Of a stretch of 64,000 nt of DNA, positions 1 through 10,533 are shown in pieces. The DNA lies in the IMG/VR virus record IMGVR_UViG_3300031992_000042, positions 41,696 to 105,695 of that record, one strand, 5' to 3'. The position numbers and the translations under genes were made by a program. Below the pieces are notes generated by a model. That model was given only the letters and a program-made list of their open reading frames with translations. It did no database searches and was not told the DNA's origin. This DNA comes from a virus (Duplodnaviria; Caudoviricetes). How positions within the stretch are numbered: the stretch's first letter is position 1; each line of letters opens with the position of its first letter.

Positions 1-3000
1 GTGCCAGCTATTGCGTTAGCAAATTGCTGTTGTTTAGCATCAGATAAGCTCTCCCATTTTTGAGATAACGCGAACAATGTATCAAACGAACTACGTTTAT
101 TTCCGTATTCGTCGTACATTCTTATGCCTTCTTCTTCAAGAAGCTTTGCAACAGCAGAACCACTTACAGCATTACCATTTTCGTCGTAGATAAGTTCGTT
201 TGTTCCGATCTTATTCATACGTCCAAAAATAGTATTTAATGTACGACCTGCTACATTACCACCTATTTGAGTAGTAGATGTGATAGCAGTTAACATAGCT
301 GAAAGCTGTGCAAAAGTAGTTCCGTCTGCGGCAGCAGCTGCACCAGCCTTTTCAATGCCTTTTTCGATTTCTGCGGCATTTGTAGCGGCATTATCGCCCA
401 ATGCAGTAACTATATCTGCGGCTTGTTCTGCCTGAGAAACAAGACCTGTATTCATTGCGACAGTAATAAGCTTTGTTGCGGCATCTACTTTTGTACCGGA
501 AACTTTAGAGAATTTAGAAATAACACCAAGACGTTCATCTACTTCTTGATCACTTAATCCTTGACGATAAAGTGTAGCAGCGGACTGAGTAATCTCAGCT
601 ACTGATACTTTCATTTCTTTAGCTTTATCGATTAATGTATCTCCAAGGGTAGAAATTTGTTCATCTGTTTTTAGAGTGATCATCTGAATAGTGTTCATCG
701 ACGCATCAAACTGTTTTACAAAGTTTGTTGTCTCTGAAATTGCAGACTGGAACAAACGTCTGGTAAACATGTTGGACATATATCCAAACGTTGATTTAAA
801 CTCTGTTTTAAGAATTTTGGCACCCTGACCAAGAGCAATCATTGCTGGATTAGCTCTTCTTTCAAGCTGGTCTAACCCTTCATTTATCCTATCGTATTCA
901 TTTTTGGAATATTGACCTTCATTATACTGGTTACCAACTTGCTTTCTAAGAGTATTTATCTCTTGTTTTCTTGCGGCTGAAATAACAGATAAAGAATTTT
1001 TACTCTTTAAGCCTTGTTTTATCTGTAATGACTCTAAAGCCAGTCTGCCAGCCGTCTCGTTTTGTGTTGTGTATTCAGCTGCTAAACTTGCTCTAGCATC
1101 TTGAGCATTTGCAATACGTTGGTTAGCGACTTTAATAGCATCTTCGTATTGCTTTTGGTATGCAGAATCAACCAAACCTTTATCAAGACGGTTTTGCATC
1201 CACGTAATACCATTTTGCTGCTTGGATATTCTTTCATCATATTTATTTAGTGTCTCTTTTTGTTTGCTTAAACCAAAACCGTTTAATTCTTTTGTAATAT
1301 CATCTTCAAGCTGTTTAGCATCAAGCATTATTCCGTTTGTAAAACTTTTATGCATGTTTTCAGTAACTTTATCTCTTGCTTGTGCTATCTGAGACATCCA
1401 AGCCGAACGTTGATCTTCTAAATCTTTTGTTCCTGTAAAAGCTGCATCAGATGCAAGTTCTTCTTCAAGAGCGTTTAAGGGTTGTAAATTTTCAAAAGTA
1501 CGATATTGTAAATAATTATATTGACGTTCTGCCAATGTCTTTTCATCATTTAATTTATTCTCTTTTCCTCTTTGCTCTCTCCAAAGTTCGTCCCCATAGG
1601 TTCTTGTGTCTGATAATATCTGGTTAAACCTATTTCCTACTTCTAAAGCATGTTCATATTTACTTAAATCTGCAAGAACTTTTTCTCTTTGTTCTGTTTG
1701 CTCTGCTTTTTTAGGCGTTTGCGGTCCCCATATCGCGTCAGCACTTTCAGACTGGTTTGTAGACGTCCCGCCTTGAATAGGCATACTTGCAGAACCCGAA
1801 GCTTTTGGATTTTCAACATAAACCAAATTGCCAGTATTTTTATCTTCATAAACAATATTGCCTTTTTCATCTCTGATGATATTATTGTTAGCAACAATTG
1901 CAGTTTCTGGTTTTGCAGGTTCTTTCGGTTGTTCTGGTTCTTTAAATGCCTCAGCCTGTTTGCGAAGCTCAACAACTTTTGATACAAGTGTTTGTCCTAC
2001 AGCATCTGTTGCATTTACAAAATTAGTTCTAAAGTCATCGCCATATGTACGAACAAGATCGCTTTCAAGCATACCGAATTGATCTATGGCGTTTCTTGCA
2101 GTTCTAATACCATATCTGGCTTCTTGTGCTTTAGCCCACTGCTCTTTAGTGTCATAGGCTTTATCGCCTAACATGAATTTACCAGTAGTTGGATCTCTAT
2201 AATCATCTGCAGCTAACGTCAATTCAGCAGCAGCAGCATTTATTAAGCCTTGAATATATTGACCTTCATCATTTGTAATATAAGCTCTCTCGCCTGTGCC
2301 AAATTGATGATGAAGCATACGCATCGTCTGCATCAGTTTGATGCGTTCAGGACCAGCATCACCATATCCGAGCTGTTTATCCATTGCTTCATATATAGCA
2401 TCCATTTGAGTGGGATCAACATTGCCTGTGCGATAAAGCTGGTTTGCTTGAGCAATAGCCATCATATGGTTTGACATATATCTAGAAGGCAAGTTAATTT
2501 CATCGATGCCCATATCTCTAAGGGCTCTTAAATTGATATATTCTCCATTGGATGCTTTATATATATCTGGATGACTCGCATCTATATACGTACCTTCACG
2601 AGTTTTTACAGCGTTTTTACGATCTGGGGATACGATCATGTCTTCGTCAAACTTAAACAGATCTGTACGCTTTTCTGAGAATTTAGTATATTCTTTACCT
2701 AAACCTAAAGCAGCCCAAACAGGATCATCTTTTTCTAAAGTATAAGTTTGTGCTTTTTTAGGAGTAGAACCAATATCATATATACCTGCCATTCTCTGAG
2801 CCGCATATACAAGCGCTTGGTTTTCTGGTCTTGAATAGTCGACCTGCATTATTCTGATACCAGAAGAACCTGTACCCATTGGCATAGTCGCATACAAATT
2901 GCGTTCTGCTTGAAGTCTATTTTGAACAGACCAGCTCTTTAATTGTTCTGGCGTATATACAATATCTTCACCTTTAACATCCGAGTCTTTGTATGCACCC

Positions 3001-5894
3001 ATTCGTTTTAAAGAAGCTTGTACCGCATCGGCAAGTTCTTTATCGTAAATTGCTTTTACTTGGTCTGCATCGTAGTCCATGCCTTGAAGAATTCGTCTAT
3101 CTTTTTCAGAAACATACATTCCTGTAGAAGTTGATATGCCAAATCCTTTATAAATAGGTTCTGCGTCAGCTGCCAAATTCTGCGCATAGTACATATTGCC
3201 GTATCCAGTAGGAGAGCGAACAACCGCTACATTGGCTTGATCTTTTCTGTTAAAGTCAAGCACTTTACCTTGCGGTAAAATGATCATATCTCGAATATCT
3301 TGGTCGGATAATCGAGCGTTTGCTTCTTTGTCTAAATATGAGCGAGCTTTCGCAATAGACGCATCTGGAACAGTCCCATCTTTAGCCAACAATATCGTCG
3401 CTAAAGGGCTTGCTGCAGCGCGAAGGTTTGCAATTTTGTCATCGTTGTCAAAGTTGATATATTTACCAGCAATTAAGTCGTTGTAAAGAGAAGCTCGCAT
3501 ATTATCAATTCGTGAACGAGCTTCTGTTGACGCTAATAACTGTGAATTGCCACCGAATAAAGGATTAACCTTTCGACTTAGATAGTCTTCTTTATTGCCG
3601 AATACATATTTCAACTGACCTTCTTCGGTATCAAGTTCTTGCATTCGCCTCATTGCCATTTCAATTTGATGTTGTCTTAATTCAGGAGAAAACATCATAA
3701 AAGACGACATCTGAGTACCTAAGTTATCTGAAGCAACTTGATCTAAGTCATAGTCAGCATGATAACTCATAGGATGACGCTGTAATAATGCGGTGAACCT
3801 TCTACTTGCGATATCGCCAGATACATAATTACCATTTTCGTCTTTAAGAACACCTTGGTTCTTAATAACATCCATCGGTATATATCCTTGATAATCTGCG
3901 ATATTAAATAATTCGCCGTTCGGACCAGGAGCCATTAAACGACCTTGTTCGTCAAGTAAACCAGTTTTCTTGCCAAACGCTCTTAAGTCGTTCCCTTCAA
4001 AAACAAACGCAGAACCTTTAAGACCGACTCCGCCTCTGAATTGACCAGAATGTGGCATAACTGAACTTGCAAAGAAAGCACCGCCGTCTCCGGGGGACAC
4101 TCCGCCAAGTTGATCTTTTAACCGACTTGTATCAACTACAGCAAAACGTTTACCGTCTATATTTATCCCAAGGTCTGATGTATTCGTCCATGCTTTGTTA
4201 AGCATTTCAAGATGCTTACCATACTTCTGTGCAGTAATACCATCTTTACCGCCAACGCCGTTTTGAATTAAACGATCTATTTCTGCGTCGTCGAAACCGC
4301 GCCAATATGTACCACGAATACCACGAACAGCTTCATCAGGATGGTTTCTAATCCATTCCGCTTCTTGCTCGTTAACTCTATTAAAAGCATTTTGCTCAAT
4401 CATACGAACAATAGTGTCCTGACCTGTGCCATGAATACTCTGTGCGATAAACTTGGCATTGCCTAATTGAGCGCCATTTGGATTAAAAAGGTTTTCTAAA
4501 AACTTTTGATGTTCTGGATTTTTCGCATCATATCCAGCTAATGATACAATACGAATTGTATCGCTCACGTCTTGGTTGTTTTTCCATTTACCGCCACCCA
4601 AAAGTCTTGTATTATGACTTTCAGAGATCATAACACTCCTAGGATCGCCTAATGCAACTTTATCGCCTGTAAATGGAGAATATTTAGATACTACAAGCTG
4701 ATCTTGAATACGTTTGCCTTCTCCTTGAAGTTTACTCCACGTGTTAGGATTGGCAGAATTTGTCCATGCACGAGTATCTTCCATACCTTCAATGTCTTGC
4801 ATGGCAAGCATTGCTCTGCCTGACGTAGAGGATGTTAAACGTTGCATTAACGTTCTTTTATCTGATCCTGTTGCTTTATATGCATCAATAGCATTGCCCT
4901 TATAACCAGAAACTCTAACTAAAAGATCATCATATAAAGCTTTTCTAAATCCTTCCCATTCAGATCTTGAAATTTCGTCTTTAGTTTCAAGTACGCCACG
5001 TTCATCTCTTCTGCTAATACCAGAGGCTATTGCAGCTTTTACTGCAACAGAATTGTTTTTTAGAATATTATCAAGCTGTTTTCTATAAGCAGTGTCGAGC
5101 ACCATCGACTGATATGACTTATCAAACGTCTGAAAGTCCCGGCCCTGAGATCTGAAAGTTGCCTTGAAAGACTCGGGAAATAAGTCTTCTGGTTTACCTG
5201 TATATAACCCAGCACTTACATTTTGTCTAACATGACCGTATCTTGCCTTCTGGTAAATTTTATTCATGTTAGCTGGAGTAATAGACGGAATAAGATACTC
5301 AATCATCCTATCAAGGTTGAATTCAGCATCTGTATTAGATAAGCCATGTTTGTTTAATAAACCTCTTATTGCAGGGTCCATTTTTGTTGGGTTAGTTCCG
5401 CCTGTTAATTCTTTTGCAATTTGTCCTACGTCTTTTGAGAGAATTGAACTGCCTGCTTTACTTAAGCTACTTATTCTACTCCGAACGATAGAAGTTAATT
5501 GTGGAGCAATAGTATCAAACTGATGTTGCACAGCAGATGGAAGATCTCCAAACCATTGTTTTGCTATTTGCGCACTATAAGATGTTGTACCAAGCTGAAC
5601 ATCTCTTAAAGCATTAAGCTCTAAAATATTATTATTTGCACCACGCTCAAGCGCAACACGCTCAGCATCGGAAGAATATGTTTTATTTTGAAGCTTCTCT
5701 AATTTGTCATTTAATGCGTCAACAACAGTAACTGAACGTTCAAATGAATTATCAAGAATTTTACTAACATTTGGCATTTCCGAAATACTTGTTTTTAATC
5801 CATCAATGCCTTGTTTAATGGTACTAATTTGTTGTTTCGCATCTCCAAAGTCCATGTTAGCAGATATATTAAGTTTAATTTCATTCCACGGCAT
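1..5894 (-). CDS. Tape measure protein (partial, runs off window start) with an N-terminal YonO/RdRP-like RNA polymerase domain
   Basis: ATG at 5894 with AAAGGAG RBS (MPWNEIKLNISANMDF). The frame appears open to position 1, since no closed long ORF is listed here. TMP core VKQFDASMNTIQMIT..LYRQGLS near 550-720 is in the same frame as GDGG..QFRGGVGLKG, VVRSP and GMDYDADQ. Position downstream of tail tube and chaperones fits a TMP. Confidence 0.85.
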   Translation of the reverse strand, partial: MPWNEIKLNISANMDFGDAKQQISTIKQGIDGLKTSISEMPNVSKILDNSFERSVTVVDALNDKLEKLQNKTYSSDAERVALERGANNNILELNALRDVQLGTTSYSAQIAKQWFGDLPSAVQHQFDTIAPQLTSIVRSRISSLSKAGSSILSKDVGQIAKELTGGTNPTKMDPAIRGLLNKHGLSNTDAEFNLDRMIEYLIPSITPANMNKIYQKARYGHVRQNVSAGLYTGKPEDLFPESFKATFRSQGRDFQTFDKSYQSMVLDTAYRKQLDNILKNNSVAVKAAIASGISRRDERGVLETKDEISRSEWEGFRKALYDDLLVRVSGYKGNAIDAYKATGSDKRTLMQRLTSSTSGRAMLAMQDIEGMEDTRAWTNSANPNTWSKLQGEGKRIQDQLVVSKYSPFTGDKVALGDPRSVMISESHNTRLLGGGKWKNNQDVSDTIRIVSLAGYDAKNPEHQKFLENLFNPNGAQLGNAKFIAQSIHGTGQDTIVRMIEQNAFNRVNEQEAEWIRNHPDEAVRGIRGTYWRGFDDAEIDRLIQNGVGGKDGITAQKYGKHLEMLNKAWTNTSDLGINIDGKRFAVVDTSRLKDQLGGVSPGDGGAFFASSVMPHSGQFRGGVGLKGSAFVFEGNDLRAFGKKTGLLDEQGRLMAPGPNGELFNIADYQGYIPMDVIKNQGVLKDENGNYVSGDIASRRFTALLQRHPMSYHADYDLDQVASDNLGTQMSSFMMFSPELRQHQIEMAMRRMQELDTEEGQLKYVFGNKEDYLSRKVNPLFGGNSQLLASTEARSRIDNMRASLYNDLIAGKYINFDNDDKIANLRAAASPLATILLAKDGTVPDASIAKARSYLDKEANARLSDQDIRDMIILPQGKVLDFNRKDQANVAVVRSPTGYGNMYYAQNLAADAEPIYKGFGISTSTGMYVSEKDRRILQGMDYDADQVKAIYDKELADAVQASLKRMGAYKDSDVKGEDIVYTPEQLKSWSVQNRLQAERNLYATMPMGTGSSGIRIMQVDYSRPENQALVYAAQRMAGIYDIGSTPKKAQTYTLEKDDPVWAALGLGKEYTKFSEKRTDLFKFDEDMIVSPDRKNAVKTREGTYIDASHPDIYKASNGEYINLRALRDMGIDEINLPSRYMSNHMMAIAQANQLYRTGNVDPTQMDAIYEAMDKQLGYGDAGPERIKLMQTMRMLHHQFGTGERAYITNDEGQYIQGLINAAAAELTLAADDYRDPTTGKFMLGDKAYDTKEQWAKAQEARYGIRTARNAIDQFGMLESDLVRTYGDDFRTNFVNATDAVGQTLVSKVVELRKQAEAFKEPEQPKEPAKPETAIVANNNIIRDEKGNIVYEDKNTGNLVYVENPKASGSASMPIQGGTSTNQSESADAIWGPQTPKKAEQTEQREKVLADLSKYEHALEVGNRFNQILSDTRTYGDELWREQRGKENKLNDEKTLAERQYNYLQYRTFENLQPLNALEEELASDAAFTGTKDLEDQRSAWMSQIAQARDKVTENMHKSFTNGIMLDAKQLEDDITKELNGFGLSKQKETLNKYDERISKQQNGITWMQNRLDKGLVDSAYQKQYEDAIKVANQRIANAQDARASLAAEYTTQNETAGRLALESLQIKQGLKSKNSLSVISAARKQEINTLRKQVGNQYNEGQYSKNEYDRINEGLDQLERRANPAMIALGQGAKILKTEFKSTFGYMSNMFTRRLFQSAISETTNFVKQFDASMNTIQMITLKTDEQISTLGDTLIDKAKEMKVSVAEITQSAATLYRQGLSDQEVDERLGVISKFSKVSGTKVDAATKLITVAMNTGLVSQAEQAADIVTALGDNAATNAAEIEKGIEKAGAAAAADGTTFAQLSAMLTAITSTTQIGGNVAGRTLNTIFGRMNKIGTNELIYDENGNAVSGSAVAKLLEEEGIRMYDEYGNKRSSFDTLFALSQKWESLSDAKQQQFANAIAG

Positions 5895-6007
5895 AAATAT
5901 TTCTCCTTTTCAGTTTAGTTATATATAAACAGATAAACTCTGAAATTTCCGAATTTTGACTTTCACTCCTTTTGTGTGTAAACTATATACGAAAGGAGAT
6001 AATATAT

Positions 6008-6172
6008 ATGAAAAAAGAAAACAAAGATAAACAGTTCGAAGAAGACTTCGAACCTGAATGGTTAAAAAAAGCAGCCCAAACAATGCTGCAAGGACAAAAA
6101 GAATCCTACGGAGATGAGGATCAAAATGAGTTAATGTGTTTAATTAACTCAAATGATGAAGATCAATTATGA
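6008..6172 (+). CDS. Small acidic hypothetical protein, opposite strand to the late operon
   Basis: AAAGGAGA RBS before ATG 6008; followed by hairpin 6178-6204. Confidence 0.45.
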   Translation: MKKENKDKQFEEDFEPEWLKKAAQTMLQGQKESYGDEDQNELMCLINSNDEDQL

Positions 6173-6177
6173 AAAAT

Positions 6178-6204
6178 AGGGGAGTGCCATAAAAGGCACT
6201 CCCC
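6178..6204. terminator. Hairpin terminator, possibly bidirectional
   Basis: GGGGAGTGCC-ataaaa-GGCACTCCCC between convergent genes. Confidence 0.7.
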
Positions 6205-6205
6205 G

Positions 6206-6598
6206 TTAAGTTTCTTTAAATTTATTCCATTCTGCATCTTCATTTTCTTTTGTAATATGATTTTGTTTCATAAAATCCGTCACAGCTTTAATATAATCTG
6301 TTTCTTCTTCTAATATAGCTGGTTCAATCTTAGTTGTAATAATATCATAAATCCATTCAACAACTTTTCCTTTTTTAGATTCAATTACATTTCGTTTTTC
6401 AGATTCAAGCATTAAAATATTTTCAATTTCAGTCCAGCCAAAAGTATAGTCAGTAACCTGAGCTGGATCTAATTTTAACGTATACATAATATGTCGCCAA
6501 TCAGGTTCAAGATACCAAAATCCATTATCCGCCTGAATGATTGTTTCTTCCTTTACTTTGTTAATAAACTCTGTATATAACATATTAACTCTCCTCAA
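6206..6598 (-). CDS. Hypothetical protein
   Basis: ORF track; GAGGAG RBS suggests start at the second Met. Confidence 0.6.
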   Translation of the reverse strand: MRRVNMLYTEFINKVKEETIIQADNGFWYLEPDWRHIMYTLKLDPAQVTDYTFGWTEIENILMLESEKRNVIESKKGKVVEWIYDIITTKIEPAILEEETDYIKAVTDFMKQNHITKENEDAEWNKFKET

Positions 6599-6768
6599 AA
6601 CTTGCTTCTAAAGTTAAAGTTTTAATTTTTTCTCCAGAAAGCAATTCTTCTTCTTTATAATCTATTTCATCGATATCGATCCTGCCAAACTTGTTGTGAC
6701 GATACATAACAATACTGTCCTCTGGATACACTTCCAAAATTTCTTTTAATTCTTTAATTGTCATAATA

Positions 6769-6972
6769 TCACCCCAATATCACAGCAGGACTGACGTCAT
6801 AGCCGTTTTTATTATGTTTGTCCAAAAAATAAAAATTATCATCAACAGCTATATCAGTAATCTCTTTATAATCAGTAACTACAGGTAAATCCTGTGGCAG
6901 GTCACGTAGTTCTTTTATGAGATCACGCACTGTCATTATTCTCACCTCCAAGGATGTAAAAATTTGAACCAA
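6769..6972 (-). CDS. Hypothetical protein (MTVRDLIKEL-type small phage protein)
   Basis: ORF track; GGAGGTG RBS before internal Met. Confidence 0.55.
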   Translation of the reverse strand: MVQIFTSLEVRIMTVRDLIKELRDLPQDLPVVTDYKEITDIAVDDNFYFLDKHNKNGYDVSPAVILG

Positions 6973-7739
6973 GATTTCTTTTCTTTTTCTTCTTCCGGGA
7001 TTCCGAGAATTTTCTCAGGTTCTTCTGTTTTTACTTTTTTAATCTCTTTAGGTTCGACTTCTGTATAATTAATAATCTGACAAAGCTCTTCCGCTAATAG
7101 ATGAACTTTACGAATATTATGCTTTAAATATACTTCTTTCATTTCTTCGAATTTAAAATACTCAGGAGTCTCATCAGCAAAAGGATTTTCTAAGGCAATA
7201 TCCATTAAATGAACAGCATATTGTCTCACGTTGTCGCTATCTTTTAAATTATATGCTTCTGTCATTTTATAAAGAACATATTTAATATCGTCTGTTTCTT
7301 CTTTTTTCTTCTGCTGTTCTTCTTCAAGTTTCTTTTGTCTTTCTGCTTCTTCTTTTTGTTTTAATTCTTCTGCTTCACGTTTTTCTTCAAGTTTTCTAAT
7401 TGCTTCACGTTCCTTTTCCTTTTGTTCTTCAAGCTCACGTTTCGCTTCTTCTTTGTCGAAAACATAAGGATTTTCAGGATGTGATTCGCATAACTTTCGC
7501 GCATAATCTAACAGTTTACGATAATTAAGTTTAGCTTCTGGTCCATGATTTTTCCATCTTGTATAACTTAATTTCATCTGAAAAAATAATTCAGCATCAT
7601 CGCTATTTTCCTGAAATGGATTATTTGGATCTAAATCCATTATGCAACGAGCGCCATGCTCAAACAATCCGTTTTCTTTTGCCTGAAAACCTTCAACCAT
7701 TTCTTTATATAAAGTATATAAAGAGTTATTGCGTCCCAT
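6942..7739 (-). CDS. Hypothetical protein with internal duplication (ENPF..motif) and charged coiled coil
   Basis: ORF track, AAGGAGG RBS. Confidence 0.65.
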   Translation of the reverse strand: MGRNNSLYTLYKEMVEGFQAKENGLFEHGARCIMDLDPNNPFQENSDDAELFFQMKLSYTRWKNHGPEAKLNYRKLLDYARKLCESHPENPYVFDKEEAKRELEEQKEKEREAIRKLEEKREAEELKQKEEAERQKKLEEEQQKKKEETDDIKYVLYKMTEAYNLKDSDNVRQYAVHLMDIALENPFADETPEYFKFEEMKEVYLKHNIRKVHLLAEELCQIINYTEVEPKEIKKVKTEEPEKILGIPEEEKEKKSWFKFLHPWR

Positions 7740-7751
7740 ATTATTTCCTCC

Positions 7752-8132
7752 TTAAAATAGACCTTCAGCCCAATCAAGACTGCCACCACCAAGTTGTTTT
7801 TCGGCAGCTTTCTTTGCTGATGCTTTATCATCACTTTTAATAATTTTAATTTGACCCATAAGTCCCATAACACCAGTATTAGTTTTTCCACCATTTTTAA
7901 TAAGCGGATTAGCTGCTTGAATAATTTTTGAAGAATCCTTTGCAAAGCTATTTCCATATAGATTAGAAATGGACTCATAATTTAACCGTTTTCCTAGTGC
8001 TTCTAATACTGCATTAAACCATATATAAGCCATATTGTTTATTTTGTTTTCGTCTACCTCGCCCAGGTGAGCTGCTACGGCAGCTGCCGCCTCATCTAAA
8101 CTTAATGCTTCGCCTGGGCTTCCTTGTTTTTT
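7752..8132 (-). CDS. Tail assembly chaperone C-terminal extension (gpGT-like, -1 frameshift product)
   Basis: Frame is open upstream of the annotated Met back to the slippery site AAAAAAC (8126-8132). Confidence 0.65.
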   Translation of the reverse strand, partial: KKQGSPGEALSLDEAAAAVAAHLGEVDENKINNMAYIWFNAVLEALGKRLNYESISNLYGNSFAKDSSKIIQAANPLIKNGGKTNTGVMGLMGQIKIIKSDDKASAKKAAEKQLGGGSLDWAEGLF

Positions 8133-8653
8133 CTTGCTGCTTCTTCTTTTTCGTCTATATGATTAAGACGCCCAAAGATTTTACAAATACGGTCAATTGT
8201 CTCTGCATCTAAGTTGTCATAGTTATCTCTGACTAAAGTAGAATTATCAAATGCAGCAACAAGAAAATCATATAATAATTGGTCTGCATCGCGGCGTTCA
8301 TCTAAAACGCCTTTTCCATAGGTTAAGAACTCATGTAAAGGTATGGCTTTGATAATTCCGTAAGCAGACGCAGCTTTATTTCGAAAGTATTTAAGCTTGG
8401 TAGGTTTAAGTTCTATTTTTTGATCTCCTACCATTACGCAGTTTTCTTCTAATAAATCGGATGGTTTTTCCTCTTTTTCCGGAGAAACTTTAGGTATAGT
8501 TTCAACTCTTACAGATTCTTGCGGAATAGTATTAATTGTAGGAGTTTGACTCGGTTGTTCTTTATTCAATTCAACCGCTGCAGGTTTTTCTTTATCAACA
8601 ATATTTTCTTCTGGTAATTCTTTTAATTTGCTTATATTTGGAAATTTAGTCAT
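8102..8653 (-). CDS. Tail assembly chaperone (gpG-like)
   Basis: Directly after tail tube gene; A-AAA-AAC heptamer near its 3' end. Confidence 0.65.
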   Translation of the reverse strand: MTKFPNISKLKELPEENIVDKEKPAAVELNKEQPSQTPTINTIPQESVRVETIPKVSPEKEEKPSDLLEENCVMVGDQKIELKPTKLKYFRNKAASAYGIIKAIPLHEFLTYGKGVLDERRDADQLLYDFLVAAFDNSTLVRDNYDNLDAETIDRICKIFGRLNHIDEKEEAARKNKEAQAKH

Positions 8654-8719
8654 TAACCCTTTCTCCCTTCAAAGACGCTTTTGCGTCTGTTTAGACATCT
8701 ATTGTCTAAAAAATAAAAA

Positions 8720-8746
8720 AGGGGGGTACCATATAGGTACCCCCCT
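8720..8746 (-). terminator. Rho-independent terminator after tail tube gene
   Basis: AGGGGGGTACC-atata-GGTACCCCCCT with T-run on minus strand. Confidence 0.75.
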
Positions 8747-8782
8747 GTTCTTAATCCTTGGTACCTTTTAAAACCTTTTAGA

Positions 8783-9941
8783 TTAAGCATTCTTGCCAAC
8801 AAAGGCGATAGAATAGGTAGCTTCGTCAGGGCGCTTGGCATCCATAGCAGCCAGCGTGAAGCCGAAGGTATTCGCAGTCTTGTAGGACGCATCGAAACCC
8901 GGAGCCTGCGTAACACGAGCATTGTAAACACGAACCAGAACATAACCGATAATAGAGCTATCTGTGCAGTTTTCGCCAGAACCGTAAACCGGATATTTCA
9001 TGATCGCTTCACCACGAGCGGAGCTGCGGTTGTCAATGTTTGCTTCTTGAGCTTCTACAGAATAGAAATAAGAAACAGCAACATCGTTTTCAACGTCGCC
9101 TGCAAAGAAGATAATCTTAGCGACTTCGCCAGATGTATCAACCTTGAACTTTCCTTTAACAGGTGTTTGCGCTGTTTCTTCAAGCCCAGCAATAGAAACA
9201 GAACCTGTAATTGGAATCTTTGCTAAATCAACTTCGTTCGTGCCGTCAACGGTCAGAATTTCAGTAATTGGCATCTGATAATGTTCGTTCGTTTCAAAGT
9301 TGGTAGCATTCGCCATAACAAACAGGTCAGCTTCAAACTTACCTGAAGTAATGGACATCTCAACATTTTGTTCAACTGAGGGCGCTAACCTCAGCCCGCT
9401 TATTAAGCTGCTGCACATTGCTGTGCAGTTCAGACTATCTCTTCACCCTATTAAATAGGGGCTCTTCTTTTCGACCCGCTTGGGCCTACACCTTTCGGTT
9501 AGTCGTTACACATTCAAACAGAAATCCAATGGAGATTATTGGTTTTATTAAGTTTTCCTCTGATACATTTTATAATCGCACTTGCATCTGCCCCGGTTTG
9601 ACGTTGAGCTTCTGCTGCAGATTCATATTCAACACCAGTTTCAATAAATAATCATATAACCACCTATTTCTGTTCTTAGCACGGGATTGTCCCAATGGGA
9701 GTTTCCCCGTTTAGAAGAGTAATTTATAGTCCGCCCAAGAGATTGTTTAGGTGGACTGACCGGGTAAATAAGCCACAGGATACAGAGACCAACCAGCGTT
9801 AATTTCTGTATAGTTAACCTGAGGCGTTACGGTCGCATTAGTGAGTTCATCGAAATAGAACACGCGACCATCGCAGCGTTTAAACCACAGCCGCGGCACG
9901 TCGGCAACGTATCCGTTAAACTCTTTAACATAAGTAGCCAT
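8783..9941 (-). CDS. Major tail (tube) protein, split by group I intron; exons 9749-9941 and 8783-9363 (257 aa)
   Basis: Splicing restores the frame ..PGQST-F-EMSITSGK..; located between neck genes and chaperones. Confidence 0.7.
9364..9748 (-). mobile_element. Group I intron in tail tube gene (no intact endonuclease)
   Basis: 5' exon ends in U, intron ends in G; P7 elements GTAACGACTAA and GAAGAGATAGTCT; in-frame junction. Confidence 0.85.
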
Positions 9942-10068
9942 AACACATGACCTCGCTTTTGTATATTTATAACAACAACCAATTCTCTCCCACAAGTTTC
10001 AGTTGCGGTTATACGATGAGGTCCTTCATATAACCTTTGATGCCAGTATTAGCCCTGACTCAAGGCTC

Positions 10069-10533
10069 TCAATAAACCTTCATGTAATAGAAAGCAATTG
10101 ATTTTCGAATATACCCGACAGTACGGGTTCCAAGATCCCAGTCTCCGGCTATCCAAAACCGATAACCAGTATCTGCAATATAACGCTGACTTGTTAAATC
10201 GTGATAGATTTTTTCTGCAATAAGATCTGCTCTACTTATTAATCTATCGTCTCCAACGTTATGCATCTCTTCTTGTTTAACATAAATATCGAATGTCATC
10301 ATATTTCTACGAACATTAGGAACATTTGTGTCACTTCCCTGTTCATCTGAATATATGATCCTACATACTTCATCGGTTAATAATTCATTTGTAAAACCAG
10401 CGCGAATAAAGTATCTTTCACAAAATTGAAGAATACCAGTTTTAGGCGGTATTTTCATAAGACGTTTAAGTTCGTAGTCGCGCCAGATTACGTCACGAAT
10501 AATTTTATTCCAAGCATTAACCCAGCCTAACAT
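10069..10533 (-). CDS. Putative tail terminator/completion protein
   Basis: Synteny and size. Confidence 0.5.
   Translation of the reverse strand: MLGWVNAWNKIIRDVIWRDYELKRLMKIPPKTGILQFCERYFIRAGFTNELLTDEVCRIIYSDEQGSDTNVPNVRRNMMTFDIYVKQEEMHNVGDDRLISRADLIAEKIYHDLTSQRYIADTGYRFWIAGDWDLGTRTVGYIRKSIAFYYMKVY

Noticed and set aside
1664-5928. Short ORFs listed over 1.6-5.9 kb
   Set aside because: All lie within the long minus-strand TMP frame
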